A DNA stretch of 37,533 bases from Verrucomicrobiota bacterium (GCA_028872685.1 JAPKEI010000001.1:1-37533); one strand, 5' to 3'; counted from the first letter of the stretch, positions 1 through 10,578 are shown. Program-made: numbers and translations. Notes: a model not told the origin generated them from the letters alone.

Positions 1-293
1 TCGCCCTCGCCGGTCATCCAATTCATCACGCCGCCCATAAACAGATCGGAAACACTCCCGATCCAAATAAAGCCCAACAACACCCCGGGAACAATTGCCA
101 ACAACATTCCAATTTTGCCCATACTAATACAGGCAAAAAAGATGATGAGCATCAACACCGAGGCGCCCACTTTGAACACCATCGGCCCCACTTGATCGTG
201 TTCGTTCTTTTGCTGGCGATGGTGGTTCAGAAAGGTCGCGCCCACGAACAGCGCCAAGCCGCCCACCACGGATAAAAGACAAACCCAGCCCAT
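1..293 (-). CDS. hypothetical small integral-membrane protein (partial; C-terminus runs off the left edge)
   Basis: Not in the supplied ORF track because it is open at the window edge. ATG at 293-291 reads MGWVCLLSVVGGLALFVGATFLNHHRQQKNEHDQVGPMVFKVGASVLMLIIFFACISMGKIGMLLAIVPGVLLGFIWIGSVSDLFMGGVMNWMTGEG with no stop down to position 1. It has several hydrophobic helix-like stretches. Its ATG shares one nucleotide with the TGA of the upstream gene (TGATG, 295-291), suggesting translational coupling. Confidence 0.5.
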   Translation of the reverse strand, partial: MGWVCLLSVVGGLALFVGATFLNHHRQQKNEHDQVGPMVFKVGASVLMLIIFFACISMGKIGMLLAIVPGVLLGFIWIGSVSDLFMGGVMNWMTGEG

Positions 294-1030
294 CACTTAC
301 GTGGCGCGCGCAGGTCGAATTGGATTTGGGTACGCGCATCCGTCACATCATTGCGCAACTCCAACTCACGCAACTGCCATTCGTCTTCAAGTTTTTTGAA
401 GGACTTGGCTTGAAACAATTTCACCCGCTTGGTTCCCCGATAGGCCTCGACGCAAAGCAACGCGCGGTTGTGAATTTCCACCCAACACTTTACGTGACTG
501 TAACCGCCCGGCAAAACATTTTCAGGTTTACTCAAAAGGATGTTGCATGTTTCGCGCAAGCGCGACGCGCGACCAATCACTTGTTGGTTCGGCCATTGCA
601 GAAATTCCAACCCCAAATCGCCCAAGGTGAAATCCGATCCGGCGAATATTTGATTCAATTCCGCGCCTTCCATCTTCTTTCCCTCCTTCGCATCCGGCGC
701 GGTAAAAAAGTATTCGTTGGGTTTGCCTGGCGTCTTGCGAATCTGCAGCGTGCCTTTGGCGGTTTCAAATGTTTCCACCTGCACCGCGCCATCGACTTCG
801 GCGCGGAAGGTCACCGCCACATTCTCGCGTTTGCCGCGCGGTTTGCGAATGCGAAGGTTGCCTTTGATTTCGTCTTGGTTCACCAACCTCATCCCGCGCA
901 GACTTTCCGCCAACGCCACGCCCATCGATTTTTGCGCGGCGATATCTTTGGGCACTGTCGGCAATGGGTTGGCCTTTTCGGCGGCCTGCGCCAAGGTGGT
1001 GATAATAAAAAAAATGGAAATTCGTTTCAT
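293..1030 (-). CDS. secreted LolA-like (outer-membrane lipoprotein-sorting fold) protein
   Basis: The 288-aa track ORF is trimmed to the internal ATG at 1030 (MKRISIFFIITTLAQAAEK), which gives a classical signal peptide. The central and C-terminal pattern (FAGSDFTLGDLG...W, ...Y..VKCWVE..., ...L.NDVTDARTQIQF) resembles the LolA_like/DUF1571-type family as I remember it. The assignment is by motif only. Confidence 0.6.
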   Translation of the reverse strand: MKRISIFFIITTLAQAAEKANPLPTVPKDIAAQKSMGVALAESLRGMRLVNQDEIKGNLRIRKPRGKRENVAVTFRAEVDGAVQVETFETAKGTLQIRKTPGKPNEYFFTAPDAKEGKKMEGAELNQIFAGSDFTLGDLGLEFLQWPNQQVIGRASRLRETCNILLSKPENVLPGGYSHVKCWVEIHNRALLCVEAYRGTKRVKLFQAKSFKKLEDEWQLRELELRNDVTDARTQIQFDLRAPRK

Positions 1031-1378
1031 AGCATAGGGCCCTCGCCACAATTTAAGCCGAGGTGAAGCATCCCGCAAGGCAACGTTGTCCGATCCCAGC
1101 AGCGAGGCCGATGCCCCCGCTGAGTCATGGCGTGTTGAAGCACGCGCCAAGAAGATCAAGGGCGGCTACGCCACTCCTCAGCCCAACAGGACCTTTGCCC
1201 ACCCATGTTGTGCCATAAACTTTATTCCCGTGGCGCTACTGTGCCAGTATGGCACTTTCTGTCGGGGTTGTTTTGAGAATTTGTGCTGTTTTCGCGAAAA
1301 AACGAATGGCATTGGATTTGCTTTATGGAGTTGTCTTTTCGTGCAGTGGCACAGTGGAAGGCAATTTGGAGAAATTTA

Positions 1379-3313
1379 ATGGCGAAGATATTAGGCATTG
1401 ATTTGGGCACAACGAATTCCTGCATGTCCGTGATGGACGGCGGGGAGGCGACGGTGTTGGAGAATTCAGAGGGCAAGCGCACGACGCCTTCGGTGGTGGC
1501 ATTCGGCAAGGGCGGCGAGCGGCTGGTCGGCGATGCGGCAAAGCGACAGGCGGTGACGAATCCCGCCAACACGATTTATTCCGCCAAGCGGTTCATTGGT
1601 CGCAAGTTCAATGAGGTGAAAGAGGAATCCAAACGGATGCCGTACAATGTGGTTTCCGGCAGCAACGGCGACGCCGCCATCGAAGTGGAAGTGGACGGCG
1701 AAAAGAAAGCGTATAGCCCGCAAGAACTGGCCTCGATGGTGCTCGCCAAACTCAAGGCGGATGCGGAGATGCGTTTGGGCGAAAGCATCACGCAAGCGGT
1801 AATCACCGTGCCTGCGTATTTCAATGACACCCAACGGCAAGCCACCAAGGACGCGGGCAAGATCGCCGGCCTTGAGGTGTTGCGAATCATCAATGAGCCG
1901 ACGGCGGCTTCGCTGGCGTACGGGCTGGACAAAAAGAATGAAGAGAAAATTGCCGTCTACGATCTAGGTGGCGGCACGTTTGATATTTCGATTTTAGAAA
2001 TTGGAGACAAAGTATTTGAGGTGAAGGCCACCAACGGCGACACCCATCTCGGCGGTGATGATTGGGACAACGCGATCATCGATTGGGTTGCGGCGGAGTT
2101 CAAAAGCGAAAGCAGCATCGATCTCACCGGCCAACCGGATGCAATGCAGCGCATCAAGGAAGAAGCCGAGAAGGCGAAGATCGCTCTCTCCAGCACACAG
2201 ACTTACGAAATTAGTTTGCCGTTCATCACGGCGGATCAATCCGGGCCGAAACACATCAAGGTAGAACTCACCCGCGCGAAGCTGGAACAGCTCACGGACA
2301 ATTTGTTCGAGCGCACCACCGCTCCGGTGAAGGCGTGTATGCGTGACGCGGAACTCAGCTCCGGCCAAATTGACGAGCTCGTGCTCGTGGGCGGTATGAC
2401 CCGTATGCCCCGCGTAGTGGATACCGCCAAGGCGTTGCTTGGCAAACAACCCAATCAAGGCGTGAACCCCGACGAAGTGGTGGCCATCGGCGCGGCAATC
2501 CAAGGCGGTGTGCTGAATAAAGAAGAGGGCTTGGACAGTGTTTTGTTGCTGGACGTAACGCCTCTTTCACTCGGCATCGAAACCGAGGGCGGCATTTTCA
2601 CCAAACTCATCGAGCGCAACACGACGGTGCCGGCGAAGAAATCCAATGTTTTCTCGACTGCGGCAGACAATCAACCAGCGGTGGATGTAGTGGTGTTCCA
2701 AGGTGAACGCCCGATGGCGAGTGACAATAAAAAGCTCGGCAACTTCAAACTGGACGGCATTGACTCCGCTCCGCGCGGGATGCCGCAAATTGAAGTTAGT
2801 TTCGACATCGACGCCAACGGTATCCTCCACGTGAGTGCCAAGGATAAGAAAACGGGCAAGGAACAAAAAATTACCATCAAAGATTCCAGCGGTTTGTCAG
2901 ATGACGAAATCGAGCAAATGAAACGCGAAGCTGAAGAAAACGCCGACGCGGACAAGGAACGGCAGGACCTCGTGGAAGCCCGCAACCAAGCCGACACCGG
3001 CGTGTACGCCGCCGAGAAATTGCTGAAAGAAAACGCTGAGAAACTTTCCGAAGACATTAAGACCAATCTCGAAAAAGCCACGGAAGATTTGAAGAAAGCA
3101 CTGGCGGGCGACGATTTGGAAGCGATCAAGGCCGCCAACGAAAAATTGCAGGAAGCCATGCAAACGGCTGGCGCTGAAGTTTACAAAGCCACCACGGAGG
3201 CTGAGCAAGCCGAACAAGCCGAAGGCGGACAACCGGAGGATGGTGAAGATTCTGAGAAAAAGGACGAAGGCCCGGTGGTCGACGCCGAGGTCGTTGAAGA
3301 AGAGAAAGCATAA
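1379..3313 (+). CDS. dnaK: molecular chaperone DnaK (Hsp70)
   Basis: Start set at ATG 1379 ([15 protein letters not shown], the canonical Hsp70 N-terminus), preceded by GGAG. Other Hsp70 signatures are present: [18 protein letters not shown] and an acidic C-terminal tail. The 32-aa upstream extension in the track is not Hsp70-like. Confidence 0.97.
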   Translation: MAKILGIDLGTTNSCMSVMDGGEATVLENSEGKRTTPSVVAFGKGGERLVGDAAKRQAVTNPANTIYSAKRFIGRKFNEVKEESKRMPYNVVSGSNGDAAIEVEVDGEKKAYSPQELASMVLAKLKADAEMRLGESITQAVITVPAYFNDTQRQATKDAGKIAGLEVLRIINEPTAASLAYGLDKKNEEKIAVYDLGGGTFDISILEIGDKVFEVKATNGDTHLGGDDWDNAIIDWVAAEFKSESSIDLTGQPDAMQRIKEEAEKAKIALSSTQTYEISLPFITADQSGPKHIKVELTRAKLEQLTDNLFERTTAPVKACMRDAELSSGQIDELVLVGGMTRMPRVVDTAKALLGKQPNQGVNPDEVVAIGAAIQGGVLNKEEGLDSVLLLDVTPLSLGIETEGGIFTKLIERNTTVPAKKSNVFSTAADNQPAVDVVVFQGERPMASDNKKLGNFKLDGIDSAPRGMPQIEVSFDIDANGILHVSAKDKKTGKEQKITIKDSSGLSDDEIEQMKREAEENADADKERQDLVEARNQADTGVYAAEKLLKENAEKLSEDIKTNLEKATEDLKKALAGDDLEAIKAANEKLQEAMQTAGAEVYKATTEAEQAEQAEGGQPEDGEDSEKKDEGPVVDAEVVEEEKA

Positions 3314-3317
3314 ATTT

Positions 3318-3337
3318 CCTGCGGCGGGTGTCGCAGG
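3318..3337 (+). other. GC-rich hairpin between dnaK and groES (weak terminator or attenuator candidate)
   Basis: CCTGCG (3318-3323) pairs with CGCAGG (3332-3337) across an 8-nt loop, 5 nt after the dnaK TAA. Only a short GGTTTC follows, with no real T-tract, so read-through into groES is likely. Confidence 0.3.
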
Positions 3338-3381
3338 GGTTTCAATCACATCAACCCAAAACAAAAAAACACAGAAAAACC

Positions 3382-3675
3382 ATGGCACTAAAGATTAAAC
3401 CCCTTGGCGATCGGATCCTAGTGGAACCGGTTGAAGAGGCCGAAGTGAAAAAGGGCGGAATCATTATCCCTGATTCCGCGAAAGAAAAACCGCAGGAAAG
3501 CAAAGTCGTCGCGCTGGGCACCGGCAAGACGGACGATAATGGCAAGAAAGTTCCTTTCGAAGTGAAGAAGGGTGACATCATCTTGACTAACAAGTACGGC
3601 GGTACAGAAATCAAACTCGACGGCAAGGAATACAAAATCCTGAATCAGGACGACATCCTGGCAATCGTCGGCTAA
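3382..3675 (+). CDS. groES: co-chaperonin GroES
   Basis: Start at ATG 3382 gives [39 protein letters not shown], the typical Cpn10 N-terminus and mobile loop. Length is 97 aa and the gene lies directly upstream of groEL. Confidence 0.95.
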   Translation: MALKIKPLGDRILVEPVEEAEVKKGGIIIPDSAKEKPQESKVVALGTGKTDDNGKKVPFEVKKGDIILTNKYGGTEIKLDGKEYKILNQDDILAIVG

Positions 3676-3689
3676 CCCCTATTATTTAA

Positions 3690-5324
<1,635 letters not shown>

Positions 5325-5347
5325 ATTACAGTCAAAATTATCACAGC

Positions 5348-5375
5348 GGGGCCGGTACACCGGCCCCGTTTTTTT
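5348..5375 (+). terminator. rho-independent terminator of the dnaK-groESL cluster
   Basis: GGGGCCGG (5348-5355), loop TACA, CCGGCCCC (5360-5367), then G and TTTTTTT (5369-5375). It lies 24 nt after the groEL stop. Confidence 0.8.
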
Positions 5376-5460
5376 GTGCCCGCTTACCGCCGACCCTACT
5401 ATAAACTTTCCTCAACTTTACAGTACCCAAGCCCAAATCGAATTTGCTATAGTCCCGGCG

Positions 5461-5943
5461 ATGAAATCCCACCGTCTCCTCAAACGCGTTTTCAAGGACT
5501 CCTCCGTCCCAATCGTTGCCAATGAAATGCGTCTCTCCCCCTCCACCGTTTACAAATGGGCTGAGGCTCCCGACAGCGGCTCCGCCAGCGGAATTGCAAA
5601 CCCCCTCGATCGCGCCCTCTCCCTATACAACGCCACCGGCGACCCGCGCGTCATCCATTGGCTATGCGAACAAACCGGTGGCTTTTACGTCGACAACGCC
5701 GTGGCCGCCAGCAACGGCGAAACCCCGCAACGCCTTGCCCCCGCCACTAGCAAAGTCGTCAAACAATTTGCCGACCTTCTCTCGACCGTTGCCAGCGCCG
5801 CCTCCGATTCCAAAATCAACCAACGCGAAGCTCGCGCAATCCGCCGCGAATGGGAAAAGCTAAAACGAATCGCCGAAGGCTACATTCAATGCTGCGAAAA
5901 AGGGAACTTCAAGCAACTCAACCGCAACTTGAATAAGAAGTAG
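5461..5943 (+). CDS. putative HTH DNA-binding regulator, phage CII (CP76)-like architecture
   Basis: The track ORF is trimmed to ATG 5461, downstream of the terminator, giving 160 aa. An HTH-like segment (VANEMRLSPSTVYKWAE) is followed by ANPLDRALSLY...VIHWLCEQTGGFYV and a C-terminal helix (QFADLLSTVASAASDSKINQREARAIRREWEKLK). This layout recalls phage 186/P2-type CII regulators. The functional call is tentative. Confidence 0.45.
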   Translation: MKSHRLLKRVFKDSSVPIVANEMRLSPSTVYKWAEAPDSGSASGIANPLDRALSLYNATGDPRVIHWLCEQTGGFYVDNAVAASNGETPQRLAPATSKVVKQFADLLSTVASAASDSKINQREARAIRREWEKLKRIAEGYIQCCEKGNFKQLNRNLNKK

Positions 5944-6549
5944 CTAGCACAAAACCCCAAGGCGTTCGAATGCCTCGGCAGTCTCAATTCCATTCCGATG
6001 CTCAATAGTGTGCCAACCGCGCGCTGCGGCAGCGGCGGTGTTTTCAGGAAGGTCATCGAGGTAGAGAATTTCGTTGCCTTGGCAACCGGTGGTTTGCTCG
6101 AAGATTTCGTAGATTTTTGGGTTAGGTTTTAAGGTGCCCACTTCGTGCGAGAGGATGTGCCCGTTGAAACGGGGCCAGAAAGCGTAGGCGCGGCTGATGT
6201 GGCGCACGGCCATTTCGTTGGTGTTGGAAAGGGTGTACGTCGGAAAACCGCGCGCGGCGAGATTGGCGTGCAGGTCGATGATTTCGTCGATGGGCGTGAA
6301 GATGTCTTCGAAGTAGGCGGCGAATTCGGCTTCGGTGCCATCGAAGCCCGTTTCTTTTTGGACAACGGTAAAAAATTCAAGTGAAGTGAGTTGACCACTT
6401 TCGTATTGGGCCAGCAGCGGGGATTGGTTGAGGAAAGCGTCCAGCGCGGCCACGTCCATTCGGGTGCGCGGGGCCATGTGGCGCACGAAGATTCCATAAT
6501 CGAAATCGAGCAATACTTTGCCGATATCGAATGCGGCTACCTTGATCAT
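5944..6549 (-). CDS. HAD-superfamily hydrolase (subfamily IA-like)
   Basis: MIKVAAFDIGKVLLDFDY carries the DxG/DxD-type motif I. SNTN is motif II-like and K...YLDD is motif III/IV-like. The ATG overlaps the recR stop (ATGA, 6549-6546). Confidence 0.85.
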   Translation of the reverse strand: MIKVAAFDIGKVLLDFDYGIFVRHMAPRTRMDVAALDAFLNQSPLLAQYESGQLTSLEFFTVVQKETGFDGTEAEFAAYFEDIFTPIDEIIDLHANLAARGFPTYTLSNTNEMAVRHISRAYAFWPRFNGHILSHEVGTLKPNPKIYEIFEQTTGCQGNEILYLDDLPENTAAAAARGWHTIEHRNGIETAEAFERLGVLC

Positions 6550-7151
6550 TGCAGCTCCCGTCGGCCTTCGAGAGCGCGGCTGAGGGTGAGGTCGTCGGCG
6601 TATTCTAACCCACTGCCGGCAGGCAGTCCGTGGGCGAGGCGGGTGACGGTGACGCCTTTTTTCCCCAAACGCTGCGCGAGGTAATTGCTAGTGGCATCGC
6701 CTTCCACGTCGGTGCCGAGGGCGAGGATAATTTCATTGATACCGGTCAAGCGGCCTTCGAGTTCGGCGATGCGGAGGTCTTCGGGGTCCACGCCGTTGAG
6801 CGGGGAAATTTTGCCGCCGAGCACGTGATAGCGGCCATTGAACGCGCCGGATTTTTCGACGTTGATGACGTCAACCGCGGTTTCCACCACGCATACTGTG
6901 GCGGTATCGCGGCGATCATCGGTGCAAAGCGCGCACGGCTGATTCTCGGTGAGCGCGCCGCAAGTCTGGCAAAGTTGAATGCGATCGCGCGCGGTGAGGA
7001 GAGCATCGGCCAGTTGTTGGACTTGCCCGGATTCGCTTTGGACGAGGTGCAGCGCCAAGCGCTCGGCGGAGCGCGGACCGATGCCGGGCAGTTGACCGAG
7101 CGCGCCGATCAATCCCGCCACGGGTTCGGGCAGCGAGTTCATCATCCGCAT
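6546..7151 (-). CDS. recR: recombination protein RecR
   Basis: GQLPGIGPRSAERLALHLV is the helix-hairpin-helix. CQTCGALTENQPCALC is the C4 zinc finger. A Toprim region (VVETAVDV...EIILALGTDVEGDATS) follows. Alternative ATGs at 7145 and 7142 are possible starts. Confidence 0.95.
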   Translation of the reverse strand: MRMMNSLPEPVAGLIGALGQLPGIGPRSAERLALHLVQSESGQVQQLADALLTARDRIQLCQTCGALTENQPCALCTDDRRDTATVCVVETAVDVINVEKSGAFNGRYHVLGGKISPLNGVDPEDLRIAELEGRLTGINEIILALGTDVEGDATSNYLAQRLGKKGVTVTRLAHGLPAGSGLEYADDLTLSRALEGRRELQ

Positions 7152-7154
7152 CGC

Positions 7155-7466
7155 CTAACCCATTCCCGGCATATTAAAACCGGAAGTGATCTTGGCCATC
7201 TCCTGTTGCTGAATGGCTTGACCGTCGGCGATGGCTTTGTTGACGGTGGTGAGCAGCATATCCTCAAGCATCTCCACATCCTCGGGATCGAGCGTTTCAG
7301 GATCCAGTTTGATGGATTTCACGCTGCCATCGCAGCACGCCACCACCTTCACCGCGCCGCCGCCGCTGGTGGCTTCCACCGTGCGATCGGACATCGCGGC
7401 CTGCATTTCTGCCGCTTGTTGCTGGGCCTTCATCGCCTGCTTCATTAGCTTGTTGATACTTGCCAT
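7155..7466 (-). CDS. ybaB: YbaB/EbfC family nucleoid-associated protein
   Basis: 103 aa in the conserved dnaX-ybaB-recR position. It carries the MKQAMKAQQQ...GGGAVKV...G....I.ID pattern. AGGAGA lies upstream of the ATG. Confidence 0.9.
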   Translation of the reverse strand: MASINKLMKQAMKAQQQAAEMQAAMSDRTVEATSGGGAVKVVACCDGSVKSIKLDPETLDPEDVEMLEDMLLTTVNKAIADGQAIQQQEMAKITSGFNMPGMG

Positions 7467-7481
7467 AAATGTTTCTCCTAT

Positions 7482-9218
7482 TTAAGTACGCACATCCACA
7501 ATGTGGCCCTTGAAGACTTCGAGGGCTTTTTTGATGAGCGGATCATTTTTGAATTCATCTATATTCACCGGCCCTTCGGGCGGCTTGGGTTTGGGCGTTT
7601 CGGGTTGGGCTTCGAGCGCTTGGGAAGATTGAGGGGCGGATTTTTCCTGCACCACCGGCGCGAGCGCGGCCCAATTGGCGGGAGTATCAGCTTTGACCAA
7701 ACGCACTTCGCGCACGTCCTGTCCCAGCTCGGCCATTTTGGCTTTGAGCGCTTTAAGGGTCTTGGGATTGTTGGCCAGTTCCAAAGCGTTTTCCTGCCCG
7801 GGCGGAAAGCCAATGGAGAGCACGCCGCTTTCGACAGAATCCAAATGCGCTTCGGCAAAGTTGCCTTTTACAAACGGCCCGAGGCAATCCATCAACGAAG
7901 CCCAAAGCGCGGGGCCGGCGGCGGGCGCAGGCGAGGGGGCAGGTATCGGCATGGGAGCAGCCGCAGGCTGCGCGACAGATTCCTGTTTGACCTCGGCGGG
8001 CTTTTCAAGCTTCGCCTTGGCGGTTTGCTTGGGCGCGGGGGAATTGGCGACCGACACGGGAGCGGGCGCATTACCACCTTCGGCGCGAAGTTGCTGCAGG
8101 TGATCGAGCACGTCGTTGAGGCTCATCGCGCTGGCGGCGTCGATGGCTTTCATAATGCTCACCTCGACGAGGATTTTGCGCGAGGCCGCACCGCGCAGTT
8201 GATATTCGCACTCGGCAAACACCTCGAGAATGCGCGAGGCCGCCGCGGCATCGGCCAACTTGGCTTGCTCAACGAGCGCACTTTGCTCCGCCTCGGAAAT
8301 TTCCAGCAACGCCACGTCGCCCTTGGAAACTTGAAACACCATTAAATTGCGAAAATGATTAAGCAAATCGCCCACCAACCGGCGCAGCTCCTTGCCGCTG
8401 GAGGTCAGCTCGTTCAACTCGCGCAAAGCCGGCTCAGCGTCCGCCTTCAAAATCGCATCAGCCAATGAAATTACTTGCGCCTGCGAAGTGAGGCCGAACA
8501 TTGAGAGCACATCGCCTTCGGTAATTTTTTCACCACAAAAACTAATTAACTGATCCAGCGTGCTCTCGGCATCGCGCATCCCGCCATCCGCGCCACGGGC
8601 AATGGCCTGCAACGCGGCGGGCTCGACGGTCACCTCTTCCTGTTTAGCGATGTGGGTGAGGTGCTCCACAATTTTGGCAACGGAAATACGGCGCAAATCA
8701 AAACGCTGACAACGTGAAAGAATGGTGGGCAGCACTTTCTCCGGCTCGGTGGTGGCGAAGATAAACTTCACGTGTGCGGGCGGTTCCTCCAACGTTTTCA
8801 ACAGCGCATTAAATGCGGCGGTGGAGAGCATGTGCACCTCGTCGATGATATACACTTTGAAGCGGCAACTCGCCGGCGCGTACGGCGCGGTATCGCGCAG
8901 CTCGCGCACTTGCTCGACGCCGTTGTTGCTCGCGCCGTCAATTTCCAAAACGTCCAGCGCGCGGCCTTCGGTGATCTCAATGCAGCGCTCGTCGTCGTCC
9001 TTAAAGTCCACCGTAGGGCCGTCAGTGGCGTTGAGGCATTTGGCAAAGATACGGGCGATGGTCGTCTTGCCCGTGCCTCGCGGGCCGCTGAAAAGATATG
9101 CGTGCGCGATGCGGCCGGAGGCGATGGCGTTACCCAACGTTTGCGTGACGTGCTCCTGCCCAATGACCTCAGCAAACCGCTGCGGTCGATACTTTCTCGC
9201 TATGACTTGATACGACAC
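7482..9218 (-). CDS. dnaX: DNA polymerase III subunit gamma/tau
   Basis: The start is GTG (9218-9216). MSYQVIARKYRPQRFAEVIGQEHV, the Walker A motif GPRGTGKTT, DEVHML and the SRCQRF sensor are all present. The C-terminal half is Pro/Ala-rich. Confidence 0.95.
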   Translation of the reverse strand: MSYQVIARKYRPQRFAEVIGQEHVTQTLGNAIASGRIAHAYLFSGPRGTGKTTIARIFAKCLNATDGPTVDFKDDDERCIEITEGRALDVLEIDGASNNGVEQVRELRDTAPYAPASCRFKVYIIDEVHMLSTAAFNALLKTLEEPPAHVKFIFATTEPEKVLPTILSRCQRFDLRRISVAKIVEHLTHIAKQEEVTVEPAALQAIARGADGGMRDAESTLDQLISFCGEKITEGDVLSMFGLTSQAQVISLADAILKADAEPALRELNELTSSGKELRRLVGDLLNHFRNLMVFQVSKGDVALLEISEAEQSALVEQAKLADAAAASRILEVFAECEYQLRGAASRKILVEVSIMKAIDAASAMSLNDVLDHLQQLRAEGGNAPAPVSVANSPAPKQTAKAKLEKPAEVKQESVAQPAAAPMPIPAPSPAPAAGPALWASLMDCLGPFVKGNFAEAHLDSVESGVLSIGFPPGQENALELANNPKTLKALKAKMAELGQDVREVRLVKADTPANWAALAPVVQEKSAPQSSQALEAQPETPKPKPPEGPVNIDEFKNDPLIKKALEVFKGHIVDVRT

Positions 9219-9240
9219 TTCAATCCGTGGTCAGGAAATT

Positions 9241-9348
9241 CAATAGGTCAGGGTGACCACGGCAGATGCGGGGCAAGCTACCGTTGCTGCCTTCCGGCCC
9301 TGGCGGAGTTCGCAAGCCCACATTCCATGGGCCCTGACGCACCTATTG
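9241..9348 (-). ncRNA. ffs: signal recognition particle RNA (small 4.5S-type)
   Basis: The minus strand reads ...CGCCAGGGCCGGAAGGCAGCAACGG..., which matches the conserved SRP domain IV (E. coli CAGGUCCGGAAGGAAGCAGCC, GGAA tetraloop). The terminal helix CAATAGGT (9241-9248) / ACCTATTG (9341-9348) continues into CAGGG/CCCTG. The position directly upstream of dnaX is the classical ffs-dnaX-ybaB-recR arrangement. The ends are approximate. Confidence 0.8.
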
Positions 9349-9405
9349 TGACGCTAGGCGGATTGGGCGGCAAGCAGATTCAGAGCAAACTGTTCGTAGG
9401 GCCGG

Positions 9406-10578
9406 TTACTCGGCACTGAAACGGTGAACCGTGGTTGTACGATAGGTTTCGCCAGGGCGTAGGATGGTGCTCGGGAAATTCGGATGATTCACTGAGTCGG
9501 GATTGTGCTGTGTTTCAAGGCAAAGAGCACCGCGGAATGGATAGGTTTTGCCGCCTTTACCCGTCTGGTTCTTGAGAAAATTGCCGCTATAAAACTGAAT
9601 GGCTGGCTGATCAGTGTAAATCTCCATCACACGTCCGCTCTTCGGGTCCTTTAATCGAGCAGCCAAAGCAACCGACTCACCTGACGGAACGTTAATTACA
9701 AAATTATGATCATAGCCCAAGGTGCTGGTTTTGCAGTCCTCAGTCTTAGCGACACCCTTATCCGGGATGCGTTCCCCAATAGCATGCGAGGTACGGAAAT
9801 CTAATTCCGTACCTGCTACCGGATTGATTTTGCCGGTGGGAATAAGCGTGTCATCCACAGGCGTAAAATGATCAGCATTAAGTGTCAATTCATGATCCAA
9901 AATCGTGCCGCTGCCGGCTCCGCCTAGATTAAAGTAGGCATGATTAGTCAGATTGATAGGTGTGGCCTTATCGGTGGTAGCCTCGTAACTAATGCGCAGT
10001 TCGTTCTCATCGGTGAGCGTGTAGGTCACCTTCATATTGAGGTTGCCGGGGTAGCCCTCCTCGCCATCGGGACTGGTAAGAGTGAACACCACCGCCGCCT
10101 TACCAGTCATCGGAGTAGCCTTCCACACTTGCTTGCTGATAGCCTTGTCACCGCCGCCGTGCAGATGGTTTGGATCGTTGTTGGTGGCAAGAGTATATTC
10201 CTTACCGTCGAGCGTGAACTTCCCCTTGGCGATACGATTACACACGCGGCCGGTGGTGCAGCCAAAGTATTGGTTGCCGTCCCCCTCGTAACCGGCAACG
10301 TTGTCGAAGCCATTCACCACATCGGCCAGCTTGCCGGCCTTGTCTGGCAGGTGCAGTTCAACCAGCGTGGCACCGTAGGTCGTCACCTTGGCAATAACAC
10401 CGTTGGCGTTTTTCAACGTGTAAATCTCAGTGGCCTCGCCAGCTTTGGTTTTCCCAAAATTAGCCTTCTTAATGGAATTCGAAGAACCAGAATTAGAGTT
10501 GGAATGACATGCGCTCATAAACAATAAAGATAATGTTGCGACCATAGACATGGCTAGAGTGGAAAAATAAGTCTGCAT
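9406..10578 (-). CDS. galM: aldose 1-epimerase (galactose mutarotase family), probable lipoprotein
   Basis: Mutarotase-family motifs are present: GCTTGRVCNRIAKGKFTLDGKEY.L..N...HLHGG, NLTNHAYFNL and CLETQHNPD. The ATG at 10578 is chosen over the TTG at 10590. The N-terminus has a lipobox-like LLFMSAC. Confidence 0.85.
   Translation of the reverse strand: MQTYFSTLAMSMVATLSLLFMSACHSNSNSGSSNSIKKANFGKTKAGEATEIYTLKNANGVIAKVTTYGATLVELHLPDKAGKLADVVNGFDNVAGYEGDGNQYFGCTTGRVCNRIAKGKFTLDGKEYTLATNNDPNHLHGGGDKAISKQVWKATPMTGKAAVVFTLTSPDGEEGYPGNLNMKVTYTLTDENELRISYEATTDKATPINLTNHAYFNLGGAGSGTILDHELTLNADHFTPVDDTLIPTGKINPVAGTELDFRTSHAIGERIPDKGVAKTEDCKTSTLGYDHNFVINVPSGESVALAARLKDPKSGRVMEIYTDQPAIQFYSGNFLKNQTGKGGKTYPFRGALCLETQHNPDSVNHPNFPSTILRPGETYRTTTVHRFSAE

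Noticed and set aside
320-1066. 248-aa plus-strand ORF opposite the LolA-like gene, and the 71-aa ORF at 124-339 (minus strand)
   Set aside because: The minus-strand frames give a signal peptide with a LolA-like pattern and a clean membrane protein. The competing ORFs are Arg/Gly-rich shadow frames with no start context.
1250-1365. TGGCAC motifs upstream of dnaK as possible sigma-54 promoters
   Set aside because: Neither TGGCAC (1250 or 1347) is followed at the required 5-nt spacing by a TTGC(A/T) -12 element. The following sequences are GTCGG and AAGGC.
1283-1378. N-terminal extensions offered by the ORF track: dnaK from 1283, groES from 3328, 5206-5460, leuS to 16655, PhyH from 21943, DUF1552 from 35787 and the LolA-like gene to 1159
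   Set aside because: The extensions are not homologous to the respective families. Several overlap the preceding gene or a terminator. Internal ATGs give canonical N-termini or signal peptides. Several track starts are TTG or GTG codons shown as M (10590, 19818, 24740, 25638, 27802, 33266).
5941-5946. Back-to-back stop codons (TAGCTA) of convergent genes as a distinct regulatory element
   Set aside because: It is most simply a consequence of tight gene packing. It is noted under the CII-like gene finding rather than as a feature in its own right.
7521-7540. A-rich run (minus strand ATC AAA AAA GCC) in dnaX as a gamma-subunit frameshift site
   Set aside because: It lies only about 14 codons before the natural stop and is not in the A-AAA-AAG register. 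It cannot generate a shortened gamma subunit.
6630-8345. Long plus-strand ORFs (6630-7448 and 7503-8345) antisense to recR, ybaB and dnaX
   Set aside because: They lie opposite three genes with unambiguous family signatures. The translations are repetitive G/R/H/A-rich sequences typical of antisense frames in GC-rich DNA.
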